This document shows, piece after piece, positions 1 to 12,659 of a DNA stretch of 64,000 nt. A program made the position numbers and the translations under genes. Under the pieces are notes generated by a model. It worked only from the letters and a program-made list of their open reading frames with translations, was not told the origin of the DNA and did no database searches. Source of the stretch: Mizuhopecten yessoensis. Its lineage: Eukaryota. Where the stretch lies: NCBI RefSeq assembly GCF_002113885.1, contig NW_018407841.1, positions 103,996-167,995 of the forward strand, written 5' to 3'. Each line of letters opens with the position of its first letter. The first letter of the stretch is position 1.

Positions 1-55
1 ACAAAAGGCGATCGCAATAGGTCACTTGAGACTTTGTCTCAGGTGACCTAAAAAT
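1..55 (-). mobile_element. End of a HINE/Helentron-like non-autonomous element
   Basis: Minus strand reads tttttaggtcacctgagacaaagtctcaagtgacc, a T-run plus hairpin typical of bivalve HINE termini. Confidence 0.5.
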
Positions 56-1238
56 CTAAACCAAAGGGGCAAGATTTTTCTGTCTTACTCCTAAAATGGG
101 GAATGATTATTTTTTTTCTATTTCAAAATACAGGAAGTACTTCTGTTTTCAAAATTCCCAGCAAATCAGAGTTATCTTCCTTGATCTGCTACTGGTGACG
201 CGATGTCAATGCGTTGTTGATGTGCATCATACAATTGTTATGGCAGAGAACTGCCCATCATTACCCAAGGGTAACACAGAAATACCTTTCCCTGAACGGA
301 AATGTGGATATCTCTGTCTAATGGGGGAGAAAAAGCCTTTCTTTTACCCTGGACAGGTGTATCCACACTTTTCCCAATGTGAGATATCCTTGTCTCACTC
401 TAGGGTGAAGACTGGGAGATTTTTCTTTTCATAACAATGCAATTGTATCACGTGAACAATACAATAAACATCAACAATGCATTAACGTTACCTCAACCCT
501 GCATTTCGCCTGTCACGTTAACAGTACATTCGGAGAACAGGGTAAGAGAATTAAATCCCTAACCCTCAGGGAAAGTTCTTAAATTGCCAAACACTTGGCA
601 AAGCCTTGTTTTCCGCCACTTAAGAATATCCCCCCTTCGGATGAGGTTCCCCTATCTCAGCCCAAAAGGGGTGAGAGATTCTATTAGTCTTTTAGCTAAA
701 GACATCCCACAAACACTATGATTCTGACACTATCACGTTATCACTATTGTAGAGAATTCGAAGTGAGGGAGAAAAATAATCAATCACTCTTGTGTAATGC
801 TGTCAAAGAAATCTCAACCCTCGGGATAAGGTTTTTGAAGTTTAGCACTTTGCAAAACATTGCGCTAAACTTAAACAATCTTGCCCTCCAGCTGAAATTT
901 CTCTGTCTACATCATACAGGGAAGTAAAATTGAATTAGTCTTCAACTTAGATAAAGACAGCTCACAGGCTTCTTTTGTTCTGGAAACATAACCTTTAAAC
1001 ATTATGATAATGTCATTATCTGCTGTATAACTATACTACAACAGGTTTGCATCATCATTTTATTTTTTTACTTTTCATAAACCATTGTAGATAGGCCAGT
1101 GTGTTGCGTTCGCCATTAGTAATTTATGTAAGGGAAATGTGGTAGAACAAATCCACCACTCCAGTCGGTGTCCTGTGTTATGTACAGACAAATCTCAACT
1201 CTGCATTCAATCAGACACATTCTACTTCTAATACCGAC

Positions 1239-1337
1239 CTGTTTTTGAATTTGTTCTGGACTTTTCAGCATAAGACCCACAATCTGTTGTTTTATTGTTA
1301 TTCTATCTTCTGCATGTATTTTATCAGTTCCATCCAC
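1239..1337 (-). CDS. CSE1L: Exportin-2, third coding exon; gene continues beyond the left edge
   Basis: VDGTDKIHAEDRITIKQQIVGLMLKSPEQIQKQ contains the CSE1L-type SPEQIQKQ motif. Acceptor ttccag, donor gtcggt, 99 nt, phase 0. Confidence 0.9.
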
Positions 1338-1889
1338 CTGGAAAAACAAAAATTATTGTGTAATAAAAAATAACAGAAATCACATGTAATATTGTTTATA
1401 AATATGATTTTTTTTCTCTAAAACCAAACAAATAATAAGTTACGACATTTCTGGCAACATGTGTGAAAAAATTAGGGTAAATCAGTAAAGCAAATTAGTG
1501 TATTGTTTATATAAATAATCATTTAACATACTAAGTTAAATAGTGTTTAGATATATAGGGCAATCAGGGATACCGTAAACAGGTATTATGTTGAAGGTCT
1601 AATTAAAAATTACACACTAGAATTTCTTGTTATATAATTGTTACTGGTGTGTTACCCAATGAAGGATGCATATTACTATTTTTAACTGACGTTAGACGTC
1701 AAGGTTTTACACACGTAAATTTATGTATTATTTTCCTACTGGTGGTCTGTCTCATTAAGATCAGGCATTATGTCTAAAGTAACACTATTTTTTTCTACCT
1801 AGAAATGCATTTTACATATATATTCCCATATCACATGGGTTTTTCTTATGGAAGTTTCATTCAATATTGCTAGTTATCAGGTCTATCAA

Positions 1890-2696
1890 ACGCATATATA
1901 GTTGTGGGGGTGGGGATCTCAACCATTCCAAAGTTATGGTCCATAAATTAAGTATCTAGGGGTGGGGCCAAACCCAAGAGTCAGTACTAAATATAAGATA
2001 GGAATCTCAACTGTTTCAAAGTTATGGCTCGCTCAGGAAGTCCCTAGTGGTGGGGCCAGACCCCAAGGTCAATTCTTGTATCATAATTGTGTTTGTTTCT
2101 TGATGTTTAGCAATTGTATACATGTTTAAAGGGTGGGAAGCTTGATAATGTCAAAGTCAAAAATTCTTTTTGGCCCTGCCTCTTAGACCCGGTATCTGCC
2201 CTTAAACTTGTACAATTATGAATCATCACCACCTGAGAATGCTTCCAACCAAATATAGTTGATATAAATCACTTTGGAACAGAAGTTGGTTAAAGCAATA
2301 TGGCCAAATATCCCCTTTTTGGCCTCAACCCTCAGTCCCCTGGGGGGGGGGGGGGGTCAGCCCCTACATTTGTACAATTTTGAATACCCATCAAATAATG
2401 ATGTTTCCAAGCAAATACGGTTGATATCCTTCCCTTAGTTTCAAAGACATACTATAGCTTGAAGAAGTCGCTTAAAGCAATACAGCCATATTACCCCTTT
2501 TTGGCCCTGCTCCTCATCCCCCTTTGGTGGTGGGGGGCAGCCCCTCCATTTGTACAATTGAATCTCTACCTAGGGATGATTCTAGTCAAATTTGGTTGAA
2601 TTCCAATGAGTGGTTAAGGAGAAGAAGTCGTCTGAAGAAATACCTGGTAAGGCATAAGCTCACCTCCGTCCTTTGGACCAGGTGACTGAGCTAATA
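1890..2696 (-). mobile_element. HINE/Helentron-like element with internal subrepeats in a CSE1L intron
   Basis: Terminal ttattagctca...cacctggtccaaaggacggaggtgagc hairpin and repeated ccccttttt(t)ggcc / tttgtacaatt blocks. The left boundary is approximate. Confidence 0.45.
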
Positions 2697-2804
2697 AACC
2701 AATTAGGCAATTGATCATCAATCAGTTTAATACTTCTGTTTATAAACCGATCATTGGTGATGATTGTATGATTGTAAACAGATTGCCCATCACTAGGTAC
2801 TCAC

Positions 2805-2950
2805 CACACGCCAGTTCCTGCGAGTGTAGTTTTTGAATGTGACGGCCGAGCTGACCCGAATATGTGATTCCACATTGTCTTTGTCCAACAAGTGTAGCAG
2901 TAAGAGAGGGTAGTGTTGCTGTATCTCTACAGACTCCAGGAACTTCTCCG
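2805..2950 (-). CDS. CSE1L: Exportin-2, second coding exon (importin-beta N-terminal domain)
   Basis: AEKFLESVEIQQHYPLLLLHLLDKDNVESHIRVSSAVTFKNYTRRNWRV. Acceptor tttacag, donor gtgagt, phase matches the previous exon. Confidence 0.92.
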
Positions 2951-3700
2951 CTGTAAACATTGAACAAACAAGTGAAGCAGTAAGAGAGGGTAGTGTCGCT
3001 GTATCTCTACAGATTCCAGGAACTTCTCCGCTGTAAACATTGAACAAACAACAAGTGTAGCAGTAAGAGAGGGTAGTGTTGCTGTATCTGTACAGACTCC
3101 AGGAACTTCTCTGCTGTAAACATTGAACAAACAAGTGCAGCAGTAAGAGAGGGTAGTGCTGCTGTATCTCTAGACTCCAGGAACTTCTCCGCTGTAAACA
3201 TTGAACAAACAACAAGTGTAACCGTAAGAGAGGGTAGTGCTGCTGTATCTCTCCAGACTCCAGGAACTTCTCTGCTGTAAACATTGAACAAACAACAAGT
3301 GAAGCAGTAAGAAGGTAGTGCTGCTGTATCTCTTGACTCCAGGAACTTCTCCACTGTAAACATTGAACAAACAACAAGTGTAACAGTAAGAGAGGGTAGT
3401 GCTGCTGTATCTCTCCAGACTCCAGGAACTTCTCTGCTGTAAACATTGAACAAACAAGTGAAGCAGTAAGAGAGGGAAGTGTTGCTGTATCTCTACAGAC
3501 TCCAGGAACTTCTCCGCTGTAAACATTGAACAAATAACAAGTGTAACAGTAAGAGAGGGTAGTGTTGCTGTATCTCTTCAGACTCCAGGAACTTCTCCGC
3601 TGTAAATGTTGAACAAACAACAAGTGTAACAGTAAGAGAGGGTAGTGCTGCTGTATCTCTACAGACTCCAGGAACTTCTCCGCTGTAAATATTGAACAAA
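2890..3700 (-). repeat. Minisatellite, 10 copies of 78-83 bp, made of the CSE1L splice acceptor plus exon start
   Basis: Acceptor motif ctgtaaa (plus strand) at 2951, 3031, 3114, 3192, 3275, 3354, 3437, 3517, 3600 and 3683. Confidence 0.95.
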
Positions 3701-3947
3701 CCACATGTCTTCTGCCAAGACATAATCAATCAAACTAATATCTACAATGGAATTATAAAACTTCAGTGATATATATAAAATATCCATGGTTGTACCGGTA
3801 TACCACGAGTGAGTGAATATTTATATGTTTCAAAAATACATAGCAATGAGTGAAAAAAAAAAAAAGTAGAATATAACAGATATTTATCATAAAGCAATGA
3901 TTCTATTCCTTATGAATTTCAACATAAGGACATTGGCTTCGACCAGA

Positions 3948-4319
3948 CAGGGTTTTTGCCAGGTACTTTGGGAAAGGGCCCCTGAGCAGGAATTGGGAAA
4001 ATATCATCGGCGTTTCGCAAAATTGGGAAATATCATCAGTATTCCCACATGCACAGGTTCGAGAAAAAAAGTTTAAAATAAATAAACACATCAATTTTCA
4101 GTGTTTTTGTTTATTCAATTTCAAAATTCCGTTACCTATGTATTTTGAATGCTCTTTCATGGACGGTAATACTTTAACTAGAACCTTGTATAAACATGTT
4201 TTTTTTAATTTTTAATTTAATTGGGAAAATAAAGACTGAAATTGGGAAAATACAGGGTCATTTTTCAATTGGGAATGGGTCCCCGTACCGGACCCTATAA
4301 ACACCTGGCAAAAACCCTG
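3948..4319. mobile_element. MITE with 17-bp perfect TIRs (hAT-like CAG termini)
   Basis: cagggtttttgccaggt ... acctggcaaaaaccctg, with repeated subterminal ttgggaaa motifs. No clean TSD. Confidence 0.75.
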
Positions 4320-4592
4320 CCAAATAATCGACGTCCTCCCAAAAAAATAGAGAGAGAAGGAATACTGCGTTGCTGCACCTCCAGAAGAAACATCAGCGTA
4401 TCACTGATTGACTTCAATATCATAATTGACAATGCCAGTGACAAACATTAATTGTTTGCTATTTTCCACAAAATACCCTGGTCTCTAATTGAATTGTTTA
4501 ATGTAGAAATAAACAAAATATCAATTTGTTTCACTGAAAAATCTTATATTACATCAGTAAAAATGTACAAAACCATTCATACTGTTGTTTAC

Positions 4593-4677
4593 CTTGTCTC
4601 CGTACTGTCTGATCTGGGGACAGAGTTTGCTGTAGGTAGCCAGCCAGGGACTGCAATGTCGACTCATTCAGCTCCAT
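4593..4677 (-). CDS. CSE1L: Exportin-2 (CSE1L/CAS), first coding exon
   Basis: MELNESTLQSLAGYLQQTLSPDQTVRRQ resembles the CSE1L N-terminus. Acceptor tttcacag lies just upstream of the ATG, donor is gtaaac. 85 nt, phase 1. Confidence 0.92.
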
Positions 4678-5789
4678 TCTCTGTGAAACAGTCTGTAAAT
4701 GAAAAAATAAAACTTTGTATTTAATCGACAGCTGAACACAATCAGCTGACAATGAACTTTTCCTCTTTTGAGATGCTTCTTCTAAAGCTGATTCTGACAA
4801 TCTAAGGCAGTAGTTGATGTTAATGTCCTGTTTATGAATTCATTGCAATGTCTAAACCATCCATATCCTTTTATTAGTGTTACACCCCCTCTCAGTTCTG
4901 ACGTGATTTGCTTTAACTCTGTCTCCATATTCTTCTGAAGCATAGTATTTCAAGAGTACCAGTGTTCATACTTAACGACGGACCCATAGACAATCACCAT
5001 TAAAAATACTGTAGGAATCATTGACTTCATATAGACTAAGTTGTCTATGAAGTCATTTTAAGTGGCCTGAAAATGAATTTTCTTCCTTTATTACTACAAC
5101 TAGTTTTGCAATTTCCTGTTATCAATCACCAAACAATACTAAGAAAAACATTCTTGGTAAAAGTCTGAATCTTTCAAAAAAATCTTACAATTTGTCGTAA
5201 GACATTGAGTTATGATTATCTTAGGAGAACTCTTCAGACATTTTCATAATTGCATAAGTGAAAAAATATTCTTTATTTTTTTTTGTTTACGAGCAGACTT
5301 ACGATTTGATGTACAAGAAAAGTTTCCCTAACGACGACCTTAGCGTAGTTTGCACAAGCATAACACATGCCTCCGGTTCCTTACGTGAGTGTTAGGAACA
5401 ACAACTCTGGCTAGAGATTGCAAAAAACTTAAAGGAGACCAGGGCATGTTCGACCCTTTATTGAAGTCAATTTGGACAAAATGACATTTGTAGAAATGTA
5501 TGTATATACTATAAATAATATTTGATAGAAATAATCCATACTTTTCTTAAAATAACAACAAGAAGGCAAACACATCAGGGGTAAGTCTGGCCCAGGTTAT
5601 ATATAACAGCAATACAAGGTCAGTGCTAGGCTTAAATGTATACCATCATGTGAAGCAGTCATTGTGTTACACAACATAAAATTTAGTTCCAATTCGGTTT
5701 ACCAAACCTTCGCAAAACTAGAAGGAATAGAGGTAATAATGTTCTGCCTCGGTAGTGTGTTCGCTGTCACCCATAGTCATTACTACTGT

Positions 5790-6005
5790 GTGCAATCAAG
5801 CTTGAGCTTCAGACCACTCACTCTCCCAAGAATTTCGGTTCGATCCCCAGCGGTGGCAGAAGAAAGAGAGTGATGTCTGATAGGGTTAGTTGTTATCCCT
5901 TCGATGGCACGGTGGTTTTCCCCTGTGGCGTTTCCTCCACCACGAAAAACAACATTAGTTCCCTTAGTTGATAATGTATACGACGTTAAATCAAGATAAT
6001 CCTTA
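5790..6005 (+). mobile_element. Degenerate tRNA-derived SINE
   Basis: B-box ggttcgatccc followed by a ggtggttttc...tttcctccacca core and a gacgttaaa tail. Confidence 0.5.
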
Positions 6006-6469
6006 TTATTTTTCAAATTGATGTTTATTGTCCAGCTCTGCTACACAGGTAATGACTGTACATGTGACTTGTGCTATTTCGCCGAACCAAGGAAGGTGTA
6101 TTCTCTCCAACTGCCCTTTTTTGGGGTTAAATTTGATTCACAAACAATATCACATTCATATACTGTACCGATACAGTACGTGCAAGTTACAGATAGATTC
6201 AGAATAGAAATTCCAAATCCATATTAAAAGAAAATGGGCATGGTATCATAGATTAGGACACGATTTTTATCTAGAGGATAAAGACACCAAACAACAACGC
6301 TAATAAATAATGTGTTTTACAAAATAAGAAATTTGTCGGCAATTATTGTCTCTTTTTGTAGTAATATACGTGTATTATTGACATTGTTCATAGAGTTTTT
6401 TCCAATATTCACCTATAATAAGACACAAATCACGTTACTGAACAAACACCTCCATCACATTTTGAGTAC

Positions 6470-6600
6470 CTGGTGTGCAACTAAGATCCACCAGCTCAAC
6501 TATTTGACTTCTTTCCTTATTTTGGATCACTAAAGAGCCAACAATCTCTTTCAAACGACACTCTCACATGTTCAAATGGCGCCGAATTTATGCAGTTGGG
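6470..6600 (-). promoter_or_regulatory. Possible non-coding first exon/promoter of CSE1L
   Basis: The ATG exon has an acceptor, so an upstream exon is required. Donor-like ccag|gtactc at 6469 and a YY1-like aaatggcgcc near 6575. The 5' boundary is a guess. Confidence 0.3.
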
Positions 6601-7393
6601 TAAAATCCGATACGTTCCGAAAGCTGCAAGGGGACGTAATACGTGGCTGCAATCAACTAAATAAATTCGACAATAATATTGCAGTAAACACAAGACGAAG
6701 ACAGTGATTAAGGGTACCATGTAAATCTTTAAAAGCAGGTCAATTTGAAATAAATATAATAAAAAATACAACGCATAGAAAATCAAATATACCCCATCGC
6801 AAAATCAAATATACCCCATTGCAAATTATAATACATCAATTATCAAACACGGCTATTAAAATCAATACCTACAGAAATTCACAGATTTTTTTTGTATCAA
6901 ATGAACAAGTTTGGAGCTAATGATCACGATATAACGAATCATTTCAAAAACAGAGATATAAATTTACATAACAAAATCATCTACAATTTCAGGATTGAAT
7001 TCAGTAAATGGTTTATTAATATAGCAGACATGTTCTTTAATTTAATACGATTAAGACTTGAAACTTCTATTAAAATTGGCAGCCAATTCAATGTCAATAG
7101 GCTGGTCCAAAACACACAAACTGATGAATATCATTATTGACCTATAAAGAGCCTGTGCCAGTAGTATATCTATGAGTAGGATATAAAATATGTCGACCGG
7201 GTGGGACCGAGGCAGTTGTTGAAATTTATGTTTATAATACACGATTTGTAAGAGATATTTCATGCCTTTCATAAATTAATAATAAGAAGGGCAAGGGCAA
7301 AATATCCGTATTTGAAGAATTATTCAGAGACACATATATTATTTAACTTTTTGGGGGTCAGAAGATTTGATGGCCTAACGTGCCTCGTTCGGT

Positions 7394-8139
7394 GGGCAGT
7401 CTGGGGTAAGTTCGGTCTGCATTGGAATCGCATAATTATGATGCCATAAAGCATGCAACGCCAATTTTTAGGCTTTCAATAAAATAGTAATAATGATATA
7501 CCACATTTGATATAGTGCCCTATCTAGCTAGAATAAGCTCTACAGCGCTTTACAGTACAAAACAAATCTATACATATATTAATCAACCCAATTTTGAGGA
7601 ATTCGCCGGAGCTGCCTTATGCCGCCTGGCTAATATCTCCCAATGTGTGTATGCCTGGGAATGTGCTGGAGATGTATTGTATTCTGTTTGTAGTGGGACC
7701 GTGCTTCCAACGGTATAATTTATAGTGCCACCTCACTTGAATGCTACAGCACAGATACAGCAACATACACCTGGGTTGTTGGAGGGTTAACCGCTCGACC
7801 AATCCGCTCATGATATGTTGCATGGGCCGAACCTGCCCCGGTATCATGGGCCAAACCGGTCCCAAATTGATATTTCAATAAATTCATATATTACAGCAAT
7901 ACGAAAGTCGATAAAATGGTTATATTGCATACCATCATGCGAAGCTGTCAGTGTGCTACACGTATGGCATAAATAAGTAGCAATTCGGTTTACAGAAAGG
8001 TCGCAAAACTTGTGTGAATGTCCCGTCCAGTCAGCTGAACTGCTAAGATAATTTAGCAAAACTGTAAATATTTGACCAAGATCAAAGATATCAGGGTCGG
8101 TCGGACTTACCCCGGGGCCGAACTTACCCCGGTCTCCCC
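7394..8139. mobile_element. Non-autonomous TIR element carrying a nested SINE
   Basis: Imperfect TIRs gggcagtctggggtaagttcgg and ccgaacttaccccggtctcccc. Confidence 0.6.
7482..7809 (-). mobile_element. Internally deleted copy of the SINE family found in the XKR-B introns
   Basis: Aligns by eye to 30324-30808, including tail, core and the first bases of the head. Most of the tRNA head is deleted at a GGAG microhomology. Confidence 0.75.
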
Positions 8140-8488
8140 TTTTCTCCCAAAAGTTGTAAGTTATGGTCATAAACACAGTGATTAGACATACAAAAAACGT
8201 ATAAGGATTTCGATTTGTTGAGGTAACGTTGTATTCGAATTTTCTTTGGCCGTATGTTTAGTGTGAAAATCATCATAGTTTTACCAGGACTCAGGTAAGG
8301 GTTAGGTTTGTCGATGTATCATGTCAATGGCGATATAGCGAATATTATTGATGAAAATAATACTATTTTGAAAGCATAGTTCGTGAATGCCATATGTAAA
8401 AAAAAAATAAAAAAATGAGTGATCAACTTCCTTATTCGGACTACATGATAAATTAAATCATACACTACAAAAACTGAATTCATAACAG

Positions 8489-8615
8489 GGGGCCGCGGTG
8501 GCCAAGTGGCTAAGGCCTCTGACATTCTGCTACCACTATAACCCTCCACGACCAACACCTGGCACGTCCTTAATGACCATAGATGTTAATAGGACGTAAA
8601 ACACAAACAAAAAAA
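8489..8615 (+). mobile_element. Short, internally deleted tRNA-derived SINE
   Basis: A-box ggtggccaagtggctaagg and tail gttaataggacgtaaaacacaaacaaaaaaa. Confidence 0.55.
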
Positions 8616-8797
8616 GTATTCATAACAAAACTTCAATTCAATATTATTACCCGCAGTTTGTCTGTCTGTGATTGGATTCGTTATTCGGATAAATACAGAA
8701 ATAAATAAGCTGCCTATTTAGTTCTGTTATGTAATCATAATCTCAACTTTATGGAGCAAAACACTAGCCGTTTCAGTCTATGAAATCGTCATTTGAT

Positions 8798-8838
8798 CAG
8801 AGACGTATATATATATTATTGTAATATATGCGTCTCTG
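8798..8838. mobile_element. 41-bp mini-element, TIR CAGAGACG, 7-bp TSD
   Basis: atttgat|cagagacg...cgtctctg|atttgat. Confidence 0.7.
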
Positions 8839-9029
8839 ATTTGATATAAGATATTCGCGTCTAATATTTTTTTAAATTAAATCCCGGTAAAATGCGAATG
8901 AAACAGAAAATGTTGATCCAGTAAAACAGGTAATTAGTCAACAGTTTTGAACCATAATTGTTTATCTAAGAAGAGGTTTGTATGGCCGGGCCGGATTGTA
9001 ATCTACTATTTTAGAAGGAATGTGCATGT

Positions 9030-9812
9030 GTATATGTATTGTACTCCGTTATCTCAGAAGGGATGTGTATATATTTTGTACTCCGTTATCTCAGAAGGGG
9101 GGTGTATATGTTTTGTACTCCGTTATCTCAGAAGGGATGTGTATATATTTTGTACTCCGTTATCTCAGAAGGGATGTGTATATGTTTTGTACTCCGTTAT
9201 CTCAGAAGGGATGTGTATATGTATTGTACTCCGTTATCTCAGAAGGGATGTGTGTATGTATTGTACACCGTTATCTCAGAAGGGGGGTGTATATGTATTG
9301 TACTCCGTTATCTCAGAAGGGGGGTGTATATGTATTGTACTCCGTTATCTCAGAAGGGATGTGTATATGTATTGTACTCCGTTATCTCAGAAGGGGGGTG
9401 TATATGTATTGTACTCCGTTATCTCAGAAGGGATGTGTGTATGTATTGTACTCCGTTATCTCAGAAGGGGGGTGTATATGTATTGTACTCCGTTATCTCA
9501 GAAGGGATGTGTGTATGTATTGTACTCCGTTATCTCAGAAGGGGGGTGTATATGTATTGTACTCCGTTATCTCAGAAGGGGGGTGTATATGTATTGTACT
9601 CCGTTATCTCAGAAGGGATGTGTGTATGTATTGTACTCCGTTATCTCAGAAGGGGTGTGTATATGTATTGTACTCCGTTATCTCAGAAGGGATGTGTGTA
9701 TGTATTGTACTCCGTTATCTCAGAAGGGATGTGTATATGTATTGTACTCCGTTATCTCAGAAGGGATGTGTGTATGTATTGTACTCCGTTATCTCAGAAG
9801 GGGTGTGTATAT
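9030..9812. repeat. Minisatellite, ~21 copies of 36-37 bp
   Basis: Unit tgtactccgttatctcagaagggatgtgtatatgtat with minor variants. Confidence 0.95.
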
Positions 9813-11632
9813 GGACTGTAATCTGTTATCTTAGAAGGGGTGTGAGTGGACTGTAATCTGTTATCTTAGAAGGGGTGTGAGTGGACTGTAATCCGTTATC
9901 TTAGAAGGGGTGTGAGTGGACTGTAATCTGTTATCTTAGAAGGGGTGTGAGTGGACTGTAATCTGTTATCTTAGAAGGGGTGTGAGTGGACTGTAATCTG
10001 TTATCTTAGAAGGGGTGTGAGTGGACTGTAATCTGTTATCTTAGAAGGGGTGTGAGTGGACTGTAATCTGTTATCTTAGAAGGGGTGTGAGTGGACTGTA
10101 ATCTGTTATCTTAGAAGGGGTGTGAGTGGACTGTAATCTGTTATCTTAGAAGGGGTGTGAGTGGACTGTAATCTGTTATCTTAGAAGGGGTGTGAGTGGA
10201 CTGTAATCTGTTATCTTAGAAGGGGTGTGAGTGGACTGTAATCTGTTATCTTAGAAGGGGTGTGAGTGGACTGTAATCTGTTATCTTAGAAGGGGTGTGA
10301 GTGGACTGTAATCTGTTATCTTAGAAGGGGTGTGAGTGGACTGTAATCTGTTATCTTAGAAGGGGTGTGAGTGGACTGTAATCTGTTATCTTAGAAGGGG
10401 TGTGAGTGGACTGTAATCTGTTATCTTAGAAGGGGTGTGAGTGGACTGTAATCTGTTATCTTAGAAGGGGTGTGAGTGGACTGTAATCTGTTATCTTAGA
10501 AGGGGTGTGAGTGGACTGTAATCTGTTATCTTAGAAGGGGTGTGAGTGGACTGTAATCTGTTATCTTAGAAGGGGTGTGAGTGGACTGTAATCTGTTATC
10601 TTAGAAGGGGTGTGAGTGGACTGTAATCTGTTATCTTAGAAGGGGTGTGAGTGGACTGTAATCTGTTATCTTAGAAGGGGTGTGAGTGGACTGTAATCTG
10701 TTATCTTAGAAGGGGTGTGAGTGGACTGTAATCTGTTATCTTAGAAGGGGTGTGAGTGGACTGTAATCTGTTATCTTAGAAGGGGTGTGAGTGGACTGTA
10801 ATCTGTTATCTTAGAAGGGGTGTGAGTGGACTGTAATCTGTTATCTTAGAAGGGGTGTGAGTGGACTGTAATCTGTTATCTTAGAAGGGGTGTGAGTGGA
10901 CTGTAATCTGTTATCTTAGAAGGGGTGTGAGTGGACTGTAATCTGTTATCTTAGAAGGGGTGTGAGTGGACTGTAATCTGTTATCTTAGAAGGGGTGTGA
11001 GTGGACTGTAATCTGTTATCTTAGAAGGGGTGTGAGTGGACTGTAATCTGTTATCTTAGAAGGGGTGTGAGTGGACTGTAATCTGTTATCTTAGAAGGGG
11101 TGTGAGTGGACTGTAATCTGTTATCTTAGAAGGGGTGTGAGTGGACTGTAATCTGTTATCTTAGAAGGGGTGTGAGTGGACTGTAATCTGTTATCTTAGA
11201 AGGGGTGTGAGTGGACTGTAATCTGTTATCTTAGAAGGGGTGTGAGTGGACTGTAATCTGTTATCTTAGAAGGGGTGTGAGTGGACTGTAATCTGTTATC
11301 TTAGAAGGGGTGTGAGTGGACTGTAATCTGTTATCTTAGAAGGGGTGTGAGTGGACTGTAATCTGTTATCTTAGAAGGGGTGTGAGTGGACTGTAATCTG
11401 TTATCTTAGAAGGGGTGTGAGTGGACTGTAATCTGTTATCTTAGAAGGGGTGTGAGTGGACTGTAATCTGTTATCTTAGAAGGGGTGTGAGTGGACTGTA
11501 ATCTGTTATCTTAGAAGGGGTGTGAGTGGACTGTAATCTGTTATCTTAGAAGGGGTGTGAGTGGACTGCACTCCGTTATCTTAGAAGGGGTGTGAGTGGA
11601 CTGCACTCCGTTATCTTAGAAGGGGTGTGAGT
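9813..11632. repeat. Minisatellite, ~52 near-identical copies of 35 bp
   Basis: Unit ctgtaatctgttatcttagaaggggtgtgagtgga. Confidence 0.97.
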
Positions 11633-12014
11633 GATCTTAGAAAGGATGTGTATGGGTTATGTTGGGATGGGAGGGGACAGTATGATGTGGTTTTCTGTTA
11701 TTACATAATGTTGCTTTTTTTTTTACCAAATCCTATTCCACAGTCTTGCAACATTTTTGACCTTATGAAACCTTATCTTGTGATTGCCCCAATGTTATTA
11801 CGGTGCTCACTTTGTGCCACGATTTTTTTATTTGAATATGGACTGACATCGATCTTCGATATAAACCCGGACTGCACAGTCGAACTTGGGTTACCAGGTC
11901 AGCAAAGGCCTAAACAGTGTCTTTTTTTATATCATAAATGTATATGACAGCATTTTTCGCAATATTGTAACGATGATTACGTTCTATACATTATTGTAGC
12001 GATGATAACGTTCT

Positions 12015-12362
12015 TTATTACATACTTACTAATAAATACGGGTTTTTTGCATATGCTCTAACCCATATCAGCCCTCGCCGTATCACACCCCAAAACCGGT
12101 ATCAGCCCGCAAAACCCATATCACACCCCTTTTGGAAAAAAAATCGTTTTTCAATATTTCAAAAATAAAAATAAATCATAAGATTGTAGTTTTTATTAGT
12201 AAGTATGTAATAAACAGAATAAAACACGCCTTTTTCCATATCACACCCAGTATCAATCCTCGACCAATATCAGCCCTCGGGCCTTCGGTCCTTGGGCTGA
12301 TATTGCAGTCTCGGGTTGATACTGGGTGTGATATGGAAAAAGGCATGTATTATTCTCTATAT
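12015..12362. mobile_element. Non-autonomous element with a 22-bp inverted repeat and a ~150-bp terminal hairpin, inserted in a short tandem repeat
   Basis: ttattacatacttactaataaa / tttattagtaagtatgtaataa, then a long palindrome centred on gggccttcggtcc. Both flanks carry tattgtagcgatgataacgttc repeats. Confidence 0.6.
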
Positions 12363-12477
12363 ACATTATTGTAGCGATGATAACGTTCTATACGTTATTG
12401 TAACGATGATAACGTTCTGTATATTATTGTAGCGATGATAACGTTCTATACATTATATTGTAGCGATGATAACGTTC

Positions 12478-12659
12478 NNNNNNNNNNNNNNNNNNNNNNN
12501 NNNNNNNNNNNNNNNNNNNNNNNNNNNNNNNNNNNNNNNNNNNNNNNNNNNNNNNNNNNNNNNNNNNNNNNNNNNNNNNNNNNNNNNNNNNNNNNNNNNN
12601 NNNNNNNNNNNNNNNNNNNNNNNNNNNNNNNNNNNNNNNNNNNNNNNNNNNNNNNNNNN
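12478..12659. other. Assembly gap (182 N)
   Basis: Run of N. Confidence 1.

Noticed and set aside
8200-8294. Possible non-coding first exon of XKR-A (cag|gtaagg at 8295, possible acceptor near 13687)
   Set aside because: Only splice-like motifs support it, which is not enough without transcripts.
8947-9856. Three overlapping 260-295 aa ORFs
   Set aside because: They are translations of a stop-free 36-37 bp minisatellite in all frames and show no protein features.
9030-11632. Regular arrays that might suggest CRISPR (also 35180-37307 and 56128-57240)
   Set aside because: Head-to-tail units with no unique spacers, no cas genes, and a eukaryotic context.
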